This document shows, piece by piece, positions 36,261 to 48,300 of a stretch of DNA of 64,000 nt (position 1 is its first letter; each line of letters begins with the position of its first letter). The DNA is from Blasia pusilla (lineage: Eukaryota). The stretch spans positions 28,768,001 to 28,832,000 of the forward strand of contig CM114271.1 of the NCBI GenBank assembly GCA_050084515.1, read 5' to 3'. The notes beneath the pieces were generated by a model. It had not been told where the DNA came from. It saw only the letters and a list, made by a program, of their open reading frames with translations, and searched no databases. Both the position numbers and the translations under genes were made by a program.

Positions 36261-37599
36261 ATCAAATGTAGATTTTCGAGATTCCTTTGGATGTAATAAA
36301 GGACGAGATTTTCACAACCGATAATGGTGTTTGTAAAAGTTTGCTGAATATTTTTTTTGGACTTGTGGATTGTGTTCTTCTAGCTATTTAGAATTACAAT
36401 TTTGCAACCCGTCGGATTCCGACGGGTTGCAACTTTTTAACCATTTCCAGGCAAGCTGTCGGATTCCGACAGGTTGGCTGCTTGAGTGATTAGACTCTTT
36501 TCCTTTGAGACCAACTTCTGAGGCATTGTGGCCGGCTTCTTCACTTTTGGCTCGTTCCCCTAGATTCGTCAAACCAATTGTAGGCTTCTTTTCTTGTCTA
36601 AGATGTGTAGGATTCTTACTACGTGTCGGATTGCAATTTCGGATTTCCAACCCGTTGGATTTTCGTGAGTGTAGGGTGGAATGGAATCACTTCTCAAAAT
36701 CTTTCCTTTCTTATGGTGAGCTTGCTTGCAAGAGGTGCAAGCCATCTGATTCCGACGGGTTGCAAGAGTTGCAACCTGTAAAATTCCGACGGGTTGGGAG
36801 GGGTGCAGCTTCTCGGTTTCTCAGATTTAGGATCTGAATGAAGGGACATCAGTTCCTCTTTACTCCAGACAGCTAACAATCTTTTGGTTCAATTATCGTC
36901 TCATGTGTTCACATTTCACAAAGTTGGTCTTGAGCAGACACAATTCATAACCAACAAAAAGTTGGTTATGAGGCAATTCAGGGGAGGCCATGATGCAGGA
37001 AACAATCCCTGCAAAAAGAGAGGTTGGCATCGTATCGATGCGCATCCGGGTGATCCTCCGACAAAAATACCCATGAGCACTATTTATTGTAGACCGAGAC
37101 AGGCAATGTTAAGAAACTTAGGCTCACACGGAGAGTGATGGAAAAATGTTTGTAGTGGTCTTATGATGTCTACTTTTTTTTCGCCCCTTGGAAAAAGGAG
37201 GTTTCTTTAGGCCCGAATGTGGACCACTACCTACTCTCTTCTAAAGATTTCATGAATTTGAAAGCAAACAAAAATTTCAAATATGTCAAAAAGTTTTGAA
37301 GAGAGAAGGTGGATTTGGCCCTTTTTTTTTAAGAGAGACTCTCCTCTCTTCCTCTCTTCCTCTCTTCCTCTCTTCCTCTCCTCTCTCCTGCCAGAATACC
37401 AGCCCCCGAGATTATAGACTAGAGTTTGTAGTTCAAGAAATCCAATGTAAATATCTGAATTGCAAATCGATTTCAATAAACAACTTGAAATGTGTTTTTC
37501 AAACTTTCAGAGCTCTACTCTTGAATGTTTTTTGCACTGTCGATTAGTTTCCTACAGACTGTAACTTGGGTTTTTCTTAATCCAAGATTTTTTGTTTAG

Positions 37600-38560
37600 A
37601 TTTCTAGCATTTTGCAACTTGTCTAATTTTGACAAGTCAAAAATTGAATTTTTGCTTCTCTATGTATGGTGTTTTGATTGTGTCTCTGATAACCTATTCT
37701 TGCAACCCATTGGATTCCAACGGGTTGCATGTGTGAATGTAGATTTCCTATGATTTCCTCATATGGATAGTTTCGGATTTCCTATCATTTCTTCTTCTTT
37801 TTTTTTAGCCTTTCTTCTTGTGAAGTTCTTGAAAGTTTTCTGTTTTTCCTCATGAGTCATGTTAGTTTTCAGTTTTTCCTCGTCTCCTGTCATGCAAACT
37901 TTTTTATTCCGACAGGTGGCATGTCTGAATGGATAGAACTTGGATGTTTCTTAGCATATGGATGTTTCATTTTTTTGTCATTAGTCTTGCTACCTATTAG
38001 AATCCAAGGGGTTGCATGTCTGAATGGATGGAACCCTGGCTGCTTCCTAGCATATGGATGTTCATTTTTCTGTCATTGGTCTTACAACCTGTCGGATTCT
38101 CAAGGGTTGCATATTTGAATGGATGGAATATACTTCCTAGCATATGGATGTCTTATTTTAATATCATCATGTTTTGCAACCCGTCGCATTCCGACGGGTT
38201 GAATGTTTGAATGAAACCTAGGAGTTTCCAGCTTTTTTCTGCTTTCACATGCATGTTATGTTCCTATTTCTTTTTCACTGGTAATTTTTCAGTATAATCT
38301 CATAGTGGTCATGTCTAACAACATGCTAATTCCGACAGGTTGCTCATAATGCCCATAGTAACCTTTTGTTCTTTATTTTTCTTACCACCTTTTTCTTACG
38401 TCCAACCTTCATCTGTCATGCAACCTGTCGAATTTCGACAAGTTGCATGTAAGGATGATGCCTTCTATTCATTTCATTCTCTCTCTTCACTTGTCACGTC
38501 ACTAGTATTTCTTGACTTTTGACGTCTAGCAACCTGTCAATTTTTGATAGGTTGGCTGGC
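37600..38560. repeat. Degenerate palindrome-bearing sequence beyond the copy C right end (older related element)
   Basis: TGCAACCCATTGGATTCCAACGGGTTGCA at about 37701, TGCAACCCGTCGCATTCCGACGGGTTG at about 38175, and others. Confidence 0.55.
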
Positions 38561-39085
38561 TGATTGCTTCTCTTTTCCTCTCAGTCCTTTCTTTTAGGCC
38601 TTCTTGTTGGCTTCCTTTACTTCTCACATGTGTGTTTAAATAGAGTTTCCAAACGTCCATCAGCCTCCTAAAGACTCCATGTACCCACTCGTGAGCCAAC
38701 ATTTCTAATTGATTCATGGCTTCCGGGTTTTCTGAGTCATTGTTGGCAATATTGCAATCCTACACTTTCTACCAACCTCACCAAATAAACTGTCATCTTT
38801 TTTAATTCCTTTATCTCCAAGACTTTCCTCAGTGAGAGAAAAAAATCCCATGTGTCATCAGTGAAAGTTCTCGACTAGACCCAATAATGAGAGTGTATTC
38901 TAAACGGATTTGATTAGTTTTGTAGTGAGAAAATCCCATCTGATGGATCTACATCGATATGATACCATCATCCGTTCAACACAAGCCTACACAGAGATTG
39001 ATTTTAGCATATCTGAAGTAGTCTTCACTATTCCATCTTCACATCCTAGTGTTCAAAAATAATGTGTGTTTGTGCCCCAGCCTGG

Positions 39086-41632
39086 TGTGGAAAACTGCTA
39101 AACAAGCATGATTGGTGGAAAACGGCTCTCACACACACACACCACCATGGAGAATGAAATTTGCAATGAGAGAATGAGTGGAGGCTGGTCCTCTTCTCAA
39201 TTATATAGGGTATGTACAAGCAACCATAACCTTACCCTTAACCATAGTCTCGAGTTAGATTAACAGTGATTAACTAACCCTAGTTAAGATAATCATACTT
39301 AAGTAACTAACCAAGATTAAACTTCCCTACTTCGTGTGAGTACCAAATGTAGCAGTTTAGGTGTCTCATGAGCTTGACTGTAACTCAACCTTCAATACTT
39401 CCCCTCGAGCTCATATCGATATCTCTAACGCCTAAATCCTTTCTAAAGATCTCAAACTTATCTCTAGACAATGCCTTTGTAAAGATGTCAGCAATTTGCT
39501 GATCTGTACCTATATACACAAGATCAATTTCTCCTGCAAGCACTTTCTCTCTGATAAAATAATAGTGCACCTCAACATGCTTTGTACGAGCATGAAACAC
39601 AAGGTTATTAGCAAGTTTGATGCTACTAATATTGTCTGCATATATTACACTAGGTCCTAAGTTACTAACACCAATCTCAACAAGTAATCGATGAAGCCAC
39701 ACCGCCTCACATGCTGTATTGGTTGCTCCTCTGTACAGAGCCTCTGTTGAAGATAAAGCAATTATAGCTTGCTTCTTTGAAGCCCAACTTATAGCTGCGC
39801 TTCCCAAAGTAAATGAATAACCAGACGTGGAGTGTTGATCAGACACGCTTCCTGCCCAATCATCATCTGAGAATCCCTGTAATTGAAAACTCGGAGAAGG
39901 TTCAAATTGAAGCCCAAATTGAATAGAGAATTTCACATACCGCATAATCCTCCTCACAGCATAAAGGTGAGGTTTTTGAGGTGCTTGCATAAACTGGCTC
40001 ACTAGGCCAACAACATAGCTCAAATCTGGTCTGGTTATAGTTAGATAGATCAAACTTCCAACCATGCGCCTGTACATATAAGAATCTGCAAGCAGCTCTC
40101 CTTTATCCACTCTTAGCTTCACGCTTTGGTCCAACGATGTAGAGATTGGCTTACAAGCCGTCATACCATATTTTGAAAGAAAATGAAGAGCATATTGTCG
40201 TTGTAGTAACCACATGCTCTCTCTAACCTTGACAAAATCAATACCAAGGAAGTACTTGAGTTCTCCCAAGTCCTTCATATCAAATTCTGCTTATAACTTA
40301 AGCTTGACTTCTTGTACCATTTCTTCAGTACTCCCAGTAATCAAGAGATCGTCAACATACAACACAATGAGAAGTGTATGATCTTGTCCTCTCAAGACAT
40401 ATAATGAGGAGTCAGAATCACATACCCTAAAATCCAACTCTTGTAGGACATATGTAATCTTGCCATACCAAGCTCTTAGAGCTTGTTTGAGCCTGTATAG
40501 AGCTTTCTTCAACCTGCATACGCGAAATGGAAATTTGGGATGCTCATATCCATGTGGTTGAGTCATATATACCTCCTCGTATAGATCTCCATTCAAGAAG
40601 GCATTCTTGACGTCCATGTAATGTAATCTCCACTTCTTACTTACTACAACTACAACCACTGTTCTCGTAGTCGCCATCTTTCCAACAGGGCTAAATGTTT
40701 CCTCATACCATATTGTTGTGCATAGCCCTTAGCCACCAATCTCGCTTTGTATCTGTTAATTGTACCATCTTGATTGCGCTTGATTTTGTAAACCCATTTG
40801 CAACCAATAGCTTCCTTACCGGAAGGTATATCAACCAGGTCCCATGTTTGTTGATGTCTTAATGCAGCAAGCTCTTCCTCCATAGCTTCAATCCATGTGG
40901 TGACTTGGTCTTCAAAGTGGAATTTGGCGGAACGATATTGGGACTTGAAACCGATGGCACTCCGCGAGCATCTACAAAAGCAATTTCTCAACATTATTTA
41001 GAGCACCAAAATCGAGTTTTATCAACTTCATGTTAATCCTATGCTTGTATATTGTGAACAAGGATACATACTCGCGGGGATCTCCACGTTCTTACGTCAT
41101 ATTATCGCACGACATAGAACTGGGTCTCATAGGCTAGGAATTGAGGAAGGATGATGATTTAATATTGATAGAAGTGAACGAATTTGTAGGTTATGTGACA
41201 GAGAAAATATTGAGGATGAAGAGCATGTGTTTGTTACATGTCCAAGGTACGAAGAGATTAGACTAGCTCATAAAATAGATGTGGAGAATTTCTATTCTTT
41301 ACTACAGCTAGTGCCTTATGATTTAGGTAGTTATATTAGAGATGTAATTATTCATCGCTCAAGTGCTCTAGGCAGTAGCTAGGAAAGGGTCTTTAGGATC
41401 TTTTTCAAGGTGAGTGAATGAATGACTTGTAATGTATTTTTCAGCCTTTTAACCCTTTGGGTCCCACGGGCTTGACCTATTTACCATTTACCATTCGGCT
41501 TTACTCGCAGCTTCTTCAAAACAACTCGGCTGCTGCTCTTGAAGGGTAGTCATCATATATGCATGATGTGTCGCAAGGAAACCATCATTTATGAATCTAT
41601 GAATTGGATGCGTAACTCTACTTGATCTACGA
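39086..41632 (-). mobile_element. Ty1/copia retrotransposon, 3' half (RT-RNase H, PPT, 3' LTR 39397->39086)
   Basis: WVYKIK...YKARLVAKGY, MDVKNAFLNG, LYVDDLL, RTKHVEVHY; PPT GAGGGGAAG adjacent to the LTR; same family as 60731-63745. Confidence 0.9.
40897..41494 (+). mobile_element. 5'-truncated LINE (RTEX/L2-like C-terminal CCHC finger) inserted in Copia, with a TTTACCA-repeat tail
   Basis: IARHRTGSHRLGIEEG...RICRLCDRENIEDEEHVFVTCPRYEEIR; tail TATTTACCATTTACCATT. The second Copia copy is contiguous across this site (62421-62440). Confidence 0.75.
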
Positions 41633-42367
41633 TGTCGTGCGCATACATATCGCTACACAACATACATCCCTGGTCATATCTACACCATACAACATCGATC
41701 TTCCCCACACACGGGTCGATCCACACATGTACAAAAATAAACTCATACATATACATGGAGATCACACAACAAAAATAAAGAGTAGTAAAAACGACACACC
41801 TGGCCTAAAACTCCTCTCCTCAATCTACATCGGCATATCGAGCCATGTCCACCCTGTGCTATCAAGGAATCCGAACGCTAGCACCCTAGTCCGATCTCAC
41901 ACACATACAAGGGAGGTGCTCCAACGGCCCAACATGAGATTATATAGGGTTAGGAAGAGCCAAAAGGCTCTTCCCCTAAAAATAGCCCTCCCCTTGGTAA
42001 CCTGCGCACACAGGTTACCAGGGGCGGGTGACCTGGTCAACAAGTCACCCGGCTGTAAAAGACCTCAACATAAAAGTTGTCAGAAACAACGTTCTTGACA
42101 CAATGGACCTATCCTCAACCTCATCCGACACTGTGGGACAAAGTTACACTCAAGATAGTCCGCTGGCTCCTACGCCCTATAAACGATAGATCTCGGCCTA
42201 TCGGCTACTCAGATGTGACAGTTGTCGTGCGCATACATATCGCTACATAACATACATCGCTGGTCACATCTACACCACACAACACCGATCTTCCCCACAC
42301 AAGGGTCGATCCACACATGTACAAAAATCAACTCATACATATACATGGAGATCACACCGCCCCTAGC
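41633..42367 (-). mobile_element. 3' end of a second Ty3-like element with PPT-B-A-B repeats
   Basis: Direct repeat 41633-41766 / 42223-42356. Minus strand reads TAGGGGCGG, B1 ending CGACA, AC, TGTCA starting A, then B2 ending CGACA. The B 3' end resembles B of 29949-30051. Confidence 0.7.
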
Positions 42368-42526
42368 GGGCGGTTGGATCCCCAACCAGGCAAAATATCA
42401 CATCTCTCTGACATGACCTACTCCCTTCCCCGATCACGATGGCGTCATTCTTTCTGTCTGTAATTCTGTAGGTACTACGGAGAGGCCTGAGGTTCGTGAA
42501 TATTGGATCGCGGGGACACCTTGTAG

Positions 42527-43580
42527 GCTAGCTAGGGTTGAATAATTATTATACGGTGCTCGGATACTATTCCGCGGAATTTCCGCCTACGTGGCAGGGA
42601 CTTGGGATCGGAGCTCACATGAGACATGGATGGACGTCGTTACGGCATGAGAGAGATAAATAAATAAATAAATATATATATAGAAAAAGGATGGGGACCC
42701 ATTCTTTTTTCTATATAAGGTAAAAGAAAGACCTCAAGAGGTCATAATCCGCCCCGTGAGAAAGAAGGGGGTCTTCCTCCTAACGACCTGAATCCCCTCT
42801 AACATCAGAGACAATATCAGTAATACCTAGAGAATTATGACTACTATTAAATGGGTTTCTAGCATTGGCATCTCCAACCGCCTAAGCCCCCCGCAGAAGC
42901 CCATTTGCTTGGGTGCGCTGCAAAGCTATGGAGACCCGTTGTCTATAATAAAGTATCGTAATGGCTAAGGACAATCCATTTCTCGATTGGAGATGATGGG
43001 CGTAATCCGTAAGGAACGAGTCAAACTTCTCCCCCATCGCCCTGTACATCTCAATGACCAGGGGATAAATCTATGTCCGTCATGAAGTCGACTATAAATG
43101 TGGGTCTTCTTAACCGCCGCCGCCGCCACTCCTTGTAGCAATCTCCCTTGTGCTACCACTTGGGCTCGCACCGCCTCCCGCGTAGGATCTGTCACTACAA
43201 CATCCGCTACCACCACCTTAGACTCCCTCGTCATGTAGAGATCAGCACGGATAAGGGAATCCTGCATGGAGTAATGCCTCTCTCTTTGTACATGGAATTC
43301 ACTCTCCCGCATTGCATCGTGAGTGGCTATCCTGAGAACATAATATCCCGCATTGCATGTGAATGGCTATCCAAGTGGGTTTGCATTTCCAGACTTGAAT
43401 AGTTTATAATTTTTCGGAGCTAGCTAGGGTTGAATAATTATTAAACGGTGCTCCGATACTATTCCGCGGAATTTCCGCCTACGTGGCAGGGACTTGGGAT
43501 CGAAGCTCACTTGAGACATGGATGGACGTCGTTATGGCCCCTGAGAACGGAGCAAGTGGGTTTGCGTTTCCAGAGTTGAA
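42527..43580 (+). repeat. About 165-bp tandem duplication; first copy (42527-42650 + 43372-43399) split by a LINE insertion, second copy 43418-43580
   Basis: GCTAGCTAGGGTTGAATAATT...GGACGTCGTTA(C/T)GGC and CAAGTGGGTTTGC.TTTCCAGA.TTGAA each occur twice. Confidence 0.75.
42653..43371 (-). mobile_element. 3' fragment of a CRE-like non-LTR retrotransposon (restriction-like endonuclease)
   Basis: RADLYM...VADVVVTDP...KKTHIY...FIP (PD-(D/E)xK), then YRQRVSIALQRTQA; (TATT)n tail at about 42656-42675. Confidence 0.75.
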
Positions 43581-45327
43581 CTCTCGCGTGGCTGTCGGTA
43601 AGGCTATGATGAAAGGAAGCATGAGGAAGGAACAAAATCGGAGGACTGATGGATGAGGTGGGTATGACCATGACGATGAAAGTAACCGTGACTGCAGAGG
43701 CTTTGTGGGGTCACGAGGTCGGATGGAGTAGGTATTCGTCACAGTAGTCAGCTGCCTTGGTTGGAGCTTCGCATTGGTGCGTAGGTCTGGGAGATTGGTA
43801 CGTGTACGGGATGATGGGTTTGTCATCGGAGAAAGGGAAGAGAGAGGGAGTGGATCGTCGGATGCGGGGAGTCGGACGGTTGTGAGATGGGTCTTCATGG
43901 GTATGGCTTCTCAGGCCGTAATTTTGTAAGTAGATTCAGAGGGCTGTAACTTTATTACTGTGTAGATTGACAGGAGAAGCCGCACTGTTGCAGCTCTCGC
44001 GGGCGCTCTTCCCGCGGTGCAGCTTCGGATTGGACATTCAGGTCGGGAGAGATGAGCCATACATGGGGATGATGAGCCTCGCGGCATGAGAGGGCCTGGA
44101 GGCGTCAGATGGAGGTGATCCGACGGACTGAAGATGGCGTACGCATGGGTATGGCAGGAAAGGCCCTAATTAGATTCACAAGGCTGCCATGCCACTTTAT
44201 TCAATGGATTGAGAAAAGGAAGGAGACCACCTCGGCTCTCGTGCTGCTTTTCCCTGCAGGGGATGGAGGAGGAAGGAGATGCAGCTGTGTGCATTCTCAC
44301 CCTCGTCATCTGCGGGGAGCTGTGTTGCCAGCGAAGTCGTAATCGGCAGTGAGCGGTGTTTGGAGTCTGAGGAAGGAAATCGAGGGGAAGAGTGGATTGA
44401 TGCGCACGAGATCATTAGAATCGCAGAGGGAATTGGAGAATTTATTGTGAGCAATTTGGTGTGGCAGATTGAGAATTCTGCGAGTCAGACGCAACGAAGA
44501 CGTGGTTTGGGGTTGTGGAGGGAGAAATCCCTTTCAGATTTTTTTCATCGAGCGACCGCTGTTGGGGGCAGACAGTAGATAAATCGGAGGTAAGTTCGAA
44601 CTGCGGTAGACTTATTTGTAACGTTGTGTTGGTCTGCTTCTATGGAGAAATCAAGCAAGGGGGTTACTTTTGGTGTTTTCTTGTGGGCTCCTGTCGAAAT
44701 TTCAGGAAATTTTGGTCGACGAGACAGCCTCGAGAGCGAGGCTTGACTGGAAGTTGGAAGTGTGAAATTCTCAGTTGGTTTGTGCCAGTCTCATATGCAG
44801 AAGATGTAAGACGTTTGAGTGCATGTTTAGTGTGTCCGATCTATCAAGGTTATTGCGAAAGAACCACGAGTGCCTTAGTTGTGTAGGCAACTACTGTATC
44901 TCATGAAGCATACGTATGCGGAGAAGAAGGTTGAATGGGATTTGTCCGTCCTTTGTTGGCATGGTAGTTTGGTGTGTTCATTGTTTTCGTAGTTTAATGT
45001 CGCTCGTGACGGGATCGAGTGGGTATGCATGATAACAAATACCGCTGTGGGTTGCTCCAGGCGTGAAAAAGTTGGAGCGAACAGAGTATTATTCTTCGGA
45101 CCGGTCTAGTTTTATGGACCTAAGTTCTGCTTGAAATATCACATCAACCTATAAGATATCCGGAGCAATCGGGGAGGATTCAGTTCGTGAAAGCGCCGTG
45201 ATCATAATTCATGTATGAGCCACTCTGTTTAGACCAAGTGGCTCAACATGCACGCTTGTGCATCTCTGAACTCCTGACGTAAACTCGGTCCCTCTTTGAA
45301 TTTGTCACTAGTCGTTAAATTCACAAA

Positions 45328-48300
45328 ATGGTAGACGTATTGGAGGCGATGGGATTCCCCAGCGATTGGTGTGAGAAGGCTCTCAGCAGTGCTTCCGGCA
45401 TAGAAACAGCTGTGGACCTCCTCTTGCAGTGGCAGGCGCATGGGGCACCCCAATTTCCTCCTCCGTCCGTAAGACCTAACCCTTCTTCCCCTTCCTTGGG
45501 GCAAAACACACAACCTCTTGTGCGGGGTGGACAAGGGCTTCCTAACCCCACTCTAAGGCTTCTTCCCCTTCCAAATGCCGTCTGTAAAGCGGTTATCGAT
45601 GAGCATGGACCGTCTCCTTCGGTTGTCCAGCCATCGACCTCTTCTTCAGGTCCTTCCTCGCTGGATGGTCCATCAGGGTTGAATGAGGCAATCAATCCGG
45701 AATCGCCTTCAGGTTCTAGTCTAAGAGAGGGCCCAAACGAAAATTTGGGTGGTGGAAGGCGAATTGGACCAAGCAGGCCGTCACCCTGCGATCGAATGAC
45801 AATGACAGGTAATTCAAGTGTTGACGATGGTCGGCAGGTTTCAGGAAGAGGAGCAGGTTCTAGTAGGATTGAACAAAACACAGATAGCACCGATGCCGTT
45901 GTCCCAGACGCTTTTGCTGAAGAGAGGAAGGGTCGTTATGCCACAGCCCAGCGTGCTAAGCAGGTATTTATTTCTTCGATTCAATTCTCTCATCGTCTCT
46001 AGCAGTCTAAAGCTGCTCATTTCTGGAACATTGGAGTTTCTCACATTACCTCTCCCAAGGTAAAACCTGTAATTTTCGCTTCCCAGTCGTGGTGTCGAGC
46101 ATCTACGTGTTGGTTTCCTGCCTCCGCCATGTAGCTGGAGACTATTCACCAATGCTCACATTTTTGTTTTCTTTCTCCGTGTAGGAAAAAGAGGCGGAAA
46201 AGGCAAAAATCCGGCAGCAACTGCAGGAGGATATGGTACAACGTCGTTTTAGACACACTTCGATGGCTCCAACTGATAACGAGAGGAATCTGGGAAAGGA
46301 AGCGGTCAGTCATAACAGACCATTTGAAGTGGCGATGGATACTTCTGTACAGCTACAGATTCGCTGTTCTGGCAGTCAAGTTATGAGGGGATCTTTCACT
46401 GCAGGTAGCCGTACTTGTTCAGTTCGCTGGTACTTCTCTTTTGCAGTCTTTGATGTGCATTACACGGGAATTGTTTGTTGTCAGAATGCGATAGTTGAAC
46501 CAACACTAGGTCTGGTTGTTTACTATTGCCAAGTTTAGTAGTATTATAATCTATTAGAGAGTTTGTAGTCTACCTTTAGTACGCTAGTTTTGGTTTGCTT
46601 GTACTTAAGGTTTGCTTGTACTTAAGGTTTGCTTGTACTTAAGGCACAGTGATTATAATCTGTTTCTCCTTAAGTATTGTTTTCCAAACTAGGTGCAAAT
46701 TAAGGTATGTTGCTATTTGTCTTGTGGTCTTTTCCTTTGTCGGAATCACTTTCTTTGGTTGATATTAGCTAACTGTATCATGGATTTTCCGGTTACAGCC
46801 AACACTCTGAGGGATGTAAGAGCTTATGTTGAACGTCAACTTCAGCGTCCTCCAATGGTGCCAGCCTCCCAACATGAGTTGAGAGGCTTCCGACCAGGTG
46901 CTGTGCCATTCAGTGGACAGTCTTCAAGACTCTCTTCTGACAGGTTTGTTCCGTCCTATCACATATTGGTGTAAGCCCCACGGAAGCTAGGTTTCACCAT
47001 AGTATTCTCCTCAGTGTCACTGTGGCTATAGATTGTCTGATCTCTTAATTTTTTTGGTGGTTTCCCTGATAGTTCCCAGACAATTTCTGAGACCAAAAGG
47101 CTGGGGCTGCTTGAGTGTGCAGGCAGGCTGAAAGAGAGTTGCTGCAAGCTGCCCGAGAAAATTTTGAAGTTCAGACCAGTCGCATATTAGCATCTGCTAA
47201 GACTCTCCGTTACACTGCGATGGAGAATGATATCCAAGATGGGCAAAGCAGGGGCACCATCTACTTCCTGATCCCAATCCCTCGACAAGAATTTTTTACA
47301 GGTAATATATTTCTCCGTGTGGCCTCACACAAGAGCAAGAGTAGTTGTACAGACTTTACGTATTACTTGGTTTGACTTGTGTGAAACTTGAATTTATCCT
47401 TCTACTCAGGTTCATGAGCTTATTTTATGGTTTTGTTGTCTTTGCAGAGGCAGCAATGGACCTTACCCTGGCTCAGGCACAGCTGGTGCCAAGGGGCACT
47501 TTAATTGTGCAGTTTCGGTCATGTGATACAGAAGGAGGGAGTAGTCTTCAGGGCCAACCAAAACCCTCAACTGATGAGTTGGATGATCATACCAAAATCT
47601 TTGGTCACGACCAATATTATGAACACGGTCAAAGCTGTGTGGCTCGTTTGCTTCCTGGAAGTGCAGGACATGAGATAGCCGCAGTGGAGGCAGAAAATGT
47701 CCAGGTCAATGGAATTCTACCATCAAGAAAGGTTGCTTTGTCTATTGAAAGGCCAATGAATGGAACACCCAAGAGTGGCCGGGCCTTGGAGGTGGATGGT
47801 GAGCGTGTTCGAGTTAGAGAACTAGCTTTGCAAGCAGCTGCGAAAAGAATGAGTGAAGCTGCTAAAATCTTTCGTGAAGGTCTTCCACTTGAAGAAGGAG
47901 AAACTGGAGGTGCCTTCCCGTTTCCCACTGAAGAGGAAAATGCTTATATTTTTGATAGTCCAGCACTGTTCAATGGAGGTATTGCAGCCCAGCAGGCGCG
48001 TGCAGGACTTGATGATAGTGCTCCAACAGAAGATTGTTTTTCACCCAACTTGAAAGCAGCAGGTGCAGATGCAGAGCTGTTAGATGCATCTCATGGTATT
48101 GTAGGCCAACCAGCTGATTCCAGTGGATCTGATTCACTCCCAGTTGACAGATCACTTGATACTCTTCATCGCCAGGCCATGGCTGCAGCAGAGGCACGAT
48201 TGAGAAATTCACAAAATCCTCCGACTGTGCGGGGAGCTGTTTATATACAGGAGCCAGAAGAAGCAGAGAGTAGAATTTGTGCAGATGAGCCAGAATCCCG

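Larger units (their letters stand above)
12596..37407 (+). mobile_element. MULE-like transposon copy C (left end missing; interrupted by a mini-element and two Ty3/gypsy elements)
   Basis: Transposase (-), palindrome array, cargo gene (+), small ORF and right terminus GCCAGAATACCAGCCCCC at 37407. It may be a recombinant of two copies, since about 440 bp of the cargo gene are missing across 19003/33183. Confidence 0.75.

Noticed and set aside
46593-46643. Three copies of GGTTTGCTTGTACTTAA
   Set aside because: Simple intronic slippage duplication.
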